A stretch of DNA of 32,669 nucleotides. It comes from Limisphaerales bacterium (GTDB lineage Bacteria; Verrucomicrobiota; Verrucomicrobiia; Limisphaerales; SIBE01). Each line of letters begins with the position of its first letter. The first letter of the stretch is position 1. Location of the stretch: the NCBI GenBank assembly GCA_044225505.1, contig JBGAIN010000091.1, forward strand, positions 1-32,669. The letters are read 5' to 3'. Position numbers and translations under genes: made by a program. Below the pieces are notes generated by a model. The model did no database searches and was not told where the DNA came from. It saw nothing but the letters and a program-made list of their open reading frames with translations. Below, piece by piece: positions 27,395 to 32,669 of this stretch.

Positions 27395-28118
27395 CTTGAG
27401 CTAGGTCGAATCTCAGAGGGTTAAAGCGCATGCCACGAATTCCCGATCCGGTGTTGTGGAAACGGATTCCGTTCCAGGTGTAGGCGGCAAAAGGCAAGTG
27501 GGTGTGCCCAAAATAGCAGTCCAGGATCTGGCTGCGCCAGCCTGGATGGCAGTCGTCTAAATAGTGACAAACACGCGCCACTGTTTGCTCTCGCGGAAAG
27601 TGCCAACGGTGCACCAGGCGCGTCAACCCCATCCGGTCGGAGCAGCGGTATGCCGTCGTCGCCACGCGCCCGCGGCGGGAGGGACGACGCCAGGACTGCC
27701 GGTATCGGTCGAGCCCGGTGGCATCCATGACACGCTGGGAGCAATCGCCATGAAGAAAAAGCGATGTGCCAATTTGCAGGCAATACTCGTGCCAGTGAAA
27801 TCGACCGTGGTCCTTTGCCAAACGTTTCAAACTCTCCACGAAGCCTGGCAGGCAATCATGATTTCCTAGAACAAAGTGGACCTCGGTCTGCGGGTAAGCG
27901 ACGAGCAGTCGACGCAACCAGCCGAGTGCTTCGGCTTCTGTCTCGGTGTCGTTCGCGAGCGTGCTCCAGCGAAAGTCGAAAGTGTCGCCGTTCAGCACCA
28001 AAACTGGCGCCGAGCTTAGCGCCGTGTCGAGTGACTCCAGACAGGAAATTCCGTGCGAACGCTTCGCAAAGAAATGCAGGTCCGAGACGACCAGGCCCTG
28101 TCCGTGACCGAGAGTCAT
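27387..28118 (-). CDS. Calcineurin-like metallophosphoesterase (LpxH-like)
   Basis: SDLH, NGDTFD, GNHD, LHGD, FGHTH motifs; 8-bp overlap with the downstream gene. Confidence 0.85.
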   Translation of the reverse strand: MTLGHGQGLVVSDLHFFAKRSHGISCLESLDTALSSAPVLVLNGDTFDFRWSTLANDTETEAEALGWLRRLLVAYPQTEVHFVLGNHDCLPGFVESLKRLAKDHGRFHWHEYCLQIGTSLFLHGDCSQRVMDATGLDRYRQSWRRPSRRGRVATTAYRCSDRMGLTRLVHRWHFPREQTVARVCHYLDDCHPGWRSQILDCYFGHTHLPFAAYTWNGIRFHNTGSGIRGMRFNPLRFDLAQVV

Positions 28119-28200
28119 ACGCGGACTTTAACAGGGTGGGGAAGTGTCGGCTAGAGCAACCAGACCTTTCGCCAGCCGAATCTAAGAGCGCTTTGAGCAG

Positions 28201-28737
28201 TCAAAGCTCGCGCTGTGTCGCTCGGAATTCGGGGTCGGACGCAGAGGGGAGCAAGTGCCGTTCCTGTCGGGAAAGCAGGTCGTCCAAGGCGGCGCCGTTA
28301 ACCTCCCGCAGCGCGTTGCGGTAAGCTGCCAGGCTAGGTGGTGACAAATAGTCACCTGAAGAGATCGCGGGCCCCTCAGTGGCCGTTTCCGGGGCGATCG
28401 TCTGGAGCCGCGGCGGCTTTTGACGGAATAAAAGAAGCATGGCCACGACCATTGCGACCGCGGCGGAGGCCCCCCACCGGATTGAAAGAGAAAACGCGCT
28501 TGGATCAGGTGGTGGCGTCGGAGGATGGGTTGCGGAGCGTGCGTGGCAGGGGATCGGCAGCGCTTCGACCTGACGAGCCACCCGGAATTGGGCCCGTGCG
28601 ATGCTTTCGAATTCGGCCAGCCGTGCCGCGCACGTCGAACAAGAGCGGCAGTGTGTCTGGACCGAGACGAGCTCAACGGAGTCGAGGCAGCCGGAGGCGG
28701 CAAGGGCGAGGTCCTGTTCGAGTTCGCGGCAGTTCAT
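28201..28737 (-). CDS. Zinc-binding anti-sigma factor (zf-HC2/ZAS), single TM
   Basis: MNCRE...HCRSCSTC (HxxxCxxC), TM helix WGASAAVAMVVAMLLLF; ATGA overlap with the sigma stop. Confidence 0.82.
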   Translation of the reverse strand: MNCRELEQDLALAASGCLDSVELVSVQTHCRSCSTCAARLAEFESIARAQFRVARQVEALPIPCHARSATHPPTPPPDPSAFSLSIRWGASAAVAMVVAMLLLFRQKPPRLQTIAPETATEGPAISSGDYLSPPSLAAYRNALREVNGAALDDLLSRQERHLLPSASDPEFRATQREL

Positions 28738-29336
28738 TTAAGGTCCTTCCTAATATGATTCATCCGCCGTAGAGATTCCAGTCCGTGAAAGAGGCGTGAC
28801 TTGACGGTTCCCAAGGAGCACTGGAGCGCGGCAGCAATTTCGGCTAACGATTCGTCGGCATAAAATCGGAGAAAGAGAACGTTCCGTTGCCGAGCGGGAA
28901 GCCGGTCTAGCGATTGCAGGACGAGCTTGCTCTGTTCTGAGAGTTGCATGGCCTCGTCCGGGCGCGGAGCTGTATCGTCCACACGAACCAAAGCGGCCGA
29001 ATGGTTCGGCGAGAAGGGAAGAAAGGTCCACCATCGGGCACGTCGTAACGCGGTTTGGTGACGGTGCAAGAGAATGCTGCAAAGCCAGGTCGAAAGCTGG
29101 CATTGAGCGTTATATCGATGGAGTGATTTCCAAGCTTCCAAGAGTGTTTCTTGCGTCAGATCCTGAGCTTGGGCTTCGTTCCGGCTGAGCGCGAGCGCCT
29201 GGCGCAGCAGGCGATCACGCAGCGGCGCGCACAAACGGTCGAACGACTCGCCGTCGCCCGCCTGCGCGCGGGCCAGAAGTTCTGGCGAATCGCTAAGTTC
29301 GCTCGGCGCGATGGGATTGAGGGAGGCTTCTTTCAA
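28734..29336 (-). CDS. ECF RNA polymerase sigma factor
   Basis: AQAGDGESF, AQDLTQET, LSTWL (region 2); LPARQRNV, LAEIAAAL, GTVKSRLFHG (region 4). TTG start overlapping the upstream stop. Confidence 0.92.
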   Translation of the reverse strand: MKEASLNPIAPSELSDSPELLARAQAGDGESFDRLCAPLRDRLLRQALALSRNEAQAQDLTQETLLEAWKSLHRYNAQCQLSTWLCSILLHRHQTALRRARWWTFLPFSPNHSAALVRVDDTAPRPDEAMQLSEQSKLVLQSLDRLPARQRNVLFLRFYADESLAEIAAALQCSLGTVKSRLFHGLESLRRMNHIRKDLK

Positions 29337-30580
29337 TGGATCTTCTGGCCTGCAGGCGGGCCGTCGATGTAGAAAGCCGGACCCGGTGTCTCGGCGAAGA
29401 TCAGCACTTCGTTGAAGTCTGGAACACGTAGCTCCGACTGAAGTTTGAACCCGCGGTCCACCCCCTCGAGCTTGAAACGAGAATACTCAAAGGGCCCAGA
29501 GCCGAACGGATCGGTCACTCGTGCCAGTCCGCCGACCGGATCCAGGCGCCGTTGGTAGGCGGCGCGCAGGAGCGCGAATCGGGCTATAACTCGAAATTCC
29601 TTCAGCCGGACTTTCAACACGGCGGGAAAGAATTCGTGGAGTATAAGGTTGGGATGGGCCGCGACGCGAGAGTTGACGTTGTCGAGGGCGGGTTGAAATT
29701 CCGCGTAAGGAAGTGCCATGACTTTTTCCAGCTCGTCGTAAAACGGCGCCAATTCCTGCACGGACGCCACCAATCTCGCGACGGAATGGCCAGTTGCTTC
29801 CAGCACGTCTGCGCCTAACGTTGACCGCTTCTGACTGTCCTCCGAGGCAATGTCGGAGAGCATCGACGCGATCACGGTCAGAGCGGCTTGCTCGTTGGTT
29901 GGATACTCGGCGCGGATGGATTCCACCTTATGCAGCAGCCATTCATAGAGCGCTGCTTTCTCAGTGCGCATGCACTCAGCCATCGTTCTCCGCGCTGGCG
30001 CATGGTCGAAATCGTTCAAGAGGGCGCCTATCGTTTCGGTCCGAAGAACCGCCCACTGCTGCGTCACATGACCTGTAAGAATGCTTTCGATTGCGATCTG
30101 AACCAAAGCAGAAATCAGCACTTGATCGCGGGCTAGATTCCGTCCCATGACAAAGGCGGCGGCCAAGTCTTCGCGAGCTGCTTCCTGACGGTTGTTTTGG
30201 ACAGCCCAGCGACCGCGAAGTGTTGCTGCTTGCGCGCAACGTTTGGCCTTAGCGAGGTGCGGGAGCAGGGCATAAGGCCCTTGCGTCATATCGATTCCCC
30301 AGTCGCACGGCACCTTCGCGACGACGGCTTGCCGGAGCAGTCGAAAGGTCGAGTCATACTTGGCCGCCAGTTGACCAGCACGCTCGTCCATCGGGCGAGT
30401 CCGCCAATCTGTTTCAAAAAGGTACTTTTGATCGGGGTCCGGCAGGTCTGGCATGACGGCAAACGCCTGCCAATAGAGCAGGGCCGGGTTGATATCTGTT
30501 CGGCACTCTTGGGCCAGCGTGAGGGGTATTGTCACGCAGAGGCAGGCGAAAGCCCACCCGCGATAAGCATTTCGTTTCAT
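29333..30580 (-). CDS. Secreted hypothetical alpha-helical protein
   Basis: 415-aa ORF, signal peptide ending LTLA-QE, NPALLYWQAF, PCDWG and DPF motifs; 4-bp overlap with the sigma gene. Confidence 0.75.
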   Translation of the reverse strand: MKRNAYRGWAFACLCVTIPLTLAQECRTDINPALLYWQAFAVMPDLPDPDQKYLFETDWRTRPMDERAGQLAAKYDSTFRLLRQAVVAKVPCDWGIDMTQGPYALLPHLAKAKRCAQAATLRGRWAVQNNRQEAAREDLAAAFVMGRNLARDQVLISALVQIAIESILTGHVTQQWAVLRTETIGALLNDFDHAPARRTMAECMRTEKAALYEWLLHKVESIRAEYPTNEQAALTVIASMLSDIASEDSQKRSTLGADVLEATGHSVARLVASVQELAPFYDELEKVMALPYAEFQPALDNVNSRVAAHPNLILHEFFPAVLKVRLKEFRVIARFALLRAAYQRRLDPVGGLARVTDPFGSGPFEYSRFKLEGVDRGFKLQSELRVPDFNEVLIFAETPGPAFYIDGPPAGQKIH

Positions 30581-30625
30581 AGAAGGGATCGCAACTGTTC
30601 ATCCGTTTCGCTGCAGCTTGTGGGT

Positions 30626-30653
30626 TAATCGCAGCGAACCCCTAAAAGGTTCA
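30626..30653 (-). promoter_or_regulatory. Putative ECF-type promoter
   Basis: TGAACC(30653-30648)-N16-CGATTA(30631-30626), 45 bp upstream of the operon start; fits the ECF AAC / CG(T/A) pattern. Confidence 0.55.
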
Positions 30654-30815
30654 AACTATTTGCGAATCTCGGCGCGGGAGACTGGAGCGCAGTTCGGCTG
30701 GGCGGGGAAATTGACACGAACACCCAGCTCGGGCCGACCTTCGCGACGGTTGTTCCGTGGTGGCGCGGTTGCGAGCGACGAGCGATACTCGCGCTTGGAA
30801 CCCGCGGGAACGTCC

Positions 30816-31664
30816 TCAGTTCCGCATGTGAAACAGCGCTTTCACGCGATCGGCGTCTTTTTGGGCGCGAGCCATTAAACCGGGAAACGATTCCGTTTTC
30901 AGCTGGAGGACCTGAATGGCAAATGCCCCGATCGGGTTGGCAGACGCCTCGTTAGGGCGGCCAGTGGCGAGCCCGTAGGCCATGCAGTCTGCCAATTGCA
31001 CCATCGCTGCGAGCCGACCGAAGCCCATCGCTTCCACCGGGGAATGGTGATATTGGACCGGAGTGATAATCTTAATGGGAAATCCCCACCGCGCCAATAA
31101 GCGTCCGCCTATTTCGCAATGGTCGAATCCAAACAACTTCCGCTCGGACGGGCTCAATGGCGCTTGCACATGGGAGTGATCGACAAGTTGGGCGTAGCGC
31201 TTGCCTTCGGCGCAGGCGAGCACCACTTTTCCGATATCGTGTAAGAGACCAGCGGTGAAGGCCAACCCTTCGCTTTCTTCGATTTCCCGAGCTAGCACCG
31301 CAGCCGAGACCGCTGCCAGGGCTGAGTGTTCCCAGACCGTCTCGATCTGCAGGCCGTCCGATACCCCGGCGCAGCCCATGGCTTGGGCCGCGAAGAGCGC
31401 GGTCGCGACCCGATACACCTCATAAAATCCCATACGGAATGTGGCTTCGAAGATGTCGCTGGCAGGCCGGTCCACTCCGAAGAAGGCGCTGTTACATCGC
31501 CGCAAAACTTCTGCGGTGAGCGAAAGATCGTTGCTCATTAGATCGACCAATTGATCAAGATCTCGGTCCGGTTTTTCCAGGAGTTTGATCAATTCGATCA
31601 TGACGCTCGGGGAAGGAGGAAGGTCCTTCACGCCGTCGATATACTGGTCCAGTTTATCTTTCAT
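30816..31664 (-). CDS. HDOD domain protein
   Basis: LPPSP, DLSLTAEVLRRCNSAFFG, WEHS, AFTAGLLHDIGK, FGFDHCEIG...RWGFP, YHH. Confidence 0.92.
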   Translation of the reverse strand: MKDKLDQYIDGVKDLPPSPSVMIELIKLLEKPDRDLDQLVDLMSNDLSLTAEVLRRCNSAFFGVDRPASDIFEATFRMGFYEVYRVATALFAAQAMGCAGVSDGLQIETVWEHSALAAVSAAVLAREIEESEGLAFTAGLLHDIGKVVLACAEGKRYAQLVDHSHVQAPLSPSERKLFGFDHCEIGGRLLARWGFPIKIITPVQYHHSPVEAMGFGRLAAMVQLADCMAYGLATGRPNEASANPIGAFAIQVLQLKTESFPGLMARAQKDADRVKALFHMRN

Positions 31665-32081
31665 CTCTCTTTTTCAGTCCGACCTTTGATCGTGGGAATA
31701 GACCCGGTCTACTGGGGTCCGACCTGCGATCCGAGTGTGTTCCGCTAGCCAATCCACAAGCTGAGCTTGGGCCGTAAAGCATCCGCGGCTGACGTTCTCG
31801 CGTCCGACGCGCCGACAGGAATTCCCGATGCGCGCGCAGGTCCATCATGGATTAAAGGAGGGAGGCTAACCAGCGGCGCCAAGAGGATTCGGTTGTCGGT
31901 GTCTCTCCTACAAACACCGCTTGGCGGGCGCGCCCTGACGGTTCCAGGTTTCGAGTCTCGGCTGGCTTTGATTCTTCTCTGGAACAAACGATCTGCTATC
32001 GTAAGCGCTTCTTCCAGAGGTGTTCATGAGTTGTGTCCGCAAATTGCGGACAGCGCGTCACGAGGCGGCGTGCCCCAAGCA

Positions 32082-32669
32082 CTAGTCTTTTTTGAATTTC
32101 ACTGACCATTTCACGGCGCGGCTCTGGGGTGAACGTAGATTCACTCGTATCCAACCCGGTTCGTCGGCCCTTACCGGGGCGACCGTCGCTTCTACCCCAG
32201 CCTCGCGATCAACCGCCGACACGGTTGCGGAAAGCAGTTTCCATCGTTCAACCCCAGGAGGCGCGAGCCCGGCGATTCGGAGTTGATACGGGTCCCCCTC
32301 CACTACGTCGCTCGTTCCGCTCAACGTTCCCGTTCCACGGTCCCAGGATTCTCCCGTGAGTTCAGTCATGCCCTGGGTGACGTGACGGGAGGTGCTAACC
32401 AGGACAGGCCGTCCCTGGTCTGCTCGAACCGCTACCACCCGGCACGATTGCGCTGGTATTTCGCATTCGATTTCATCGGTGAAGGATGGGAGCGGTTGGG
32501 CATTCCAGAAATCGAACGCATAGTAACAATGCGCGGACGGTAACCCGGCCCGAGCCGTCTTTACGGCGATCCGCTGATTAGAGCTCTCCCAATTGAAGAT
32601 CCCTATCACATCTCGACGGCTTTCGCCCGCTGGCGTTTGCGTCACCAGCCAGATGCTGGGCATAACATT
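32082..32669 (-). CDS. C-terminal part of a probable glycoside hydrolase (alpha-galactosidase-like); partial
   Basis: Frame open to the right edge; VIGIFNW, YAFDFW, IPAQSCRV, LVSTSRHVTQG resemble C-terminal beta-sandwich regions of GH27/GH36-like enzymes. The catalytic domain is not visible. Confidence 0.5.
   Translation of the reverse strand, partial: NVMPSIWLVTQTPAGESRRDVIGIFNWESSNQRIAVKTARAGLPSAHCYYAFDFWNAQPLPSFTDEIECEIPAQSCRVVAVRADQGRPVLVSTSRHVTQGMTELTGESWDRGTGTLSGTSDVVEGDPYQLRIAGLAPPGVERWKLLSATVSAVDREAGVEATVAPVRADEPGWIRVNLRSPQSRAVKWSVKFKKD

Noticed and set aside
30711..30740. Plus-strand promoter at TTGACA 30711-30716
   Set aside because: No acceptable -10 at 16-18 bp and no plus-strand gene downstream.
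9..32543. The many 60-240 aa ORFs overlapping or antisense to called genes
   Set aside because: Typical shadow ORFs of GC-rich DNA: Arg/Ser/Pro-rich, no recognisable motifs, contained in better-supported genes.
21610..32669. Genomic island integrated at tRNA-Gly
   Set aside because: No integrase next to the tRNA, no duplicate of the tRNA 3' end seen in the window, and downstream genes look like ordinary chromosomal genes.

Overview
A gene-dense, GC-rich bacterial chromosomal segment. Gene content and style suggest a Verrucomicrobiota (Pedosphaera/Limisphaera-like) or related PVC organism; this is inference, not verified. From left to right it holds: a minus-strand phosphate locus (phoB-like regulator, a PhoU fused to a degenerate ArsC/LMW-PTP domain, pstS, partial pstC) with a four-unit Pho box; a small Cys/His-rich lipoprotein; a PAS histidine kinase; a PadR plus membrane-protein operon; a PQQ-like beta-propeller; a 39-aa membrane peptide missed by the ORF track; GH88 and an SDR; TerB-like, LptD and a second PAS kinase; hemB; an FHA protein; carA; a thioredoxin-like protein; pyrC; tRNA-Gly(TCC); a Gfo/Idh/MocA oxidoreductase; a CotH/lamin-tail protein; a 285-bp MITE-like element with 35-bp terminal inverted repeats; a metallophosphoesterase/CDP-alcohol phosphotransferase pair; a secreted protein/ECF sigma/anti-sigma cassette; an HDOD protein; and the 3' end of a probable glycosidase. 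I see no CRISPR array, prophage, integrase, transposase or defence island, and no clearly new multi-gene system. The best leads are the PhoU-pseudophosphatase fusion, the structured MITE, an 11-bp-period repeat tract, two small proteins and recurrent leaderless-type promoters. All family calls come from motif recognition by eye.
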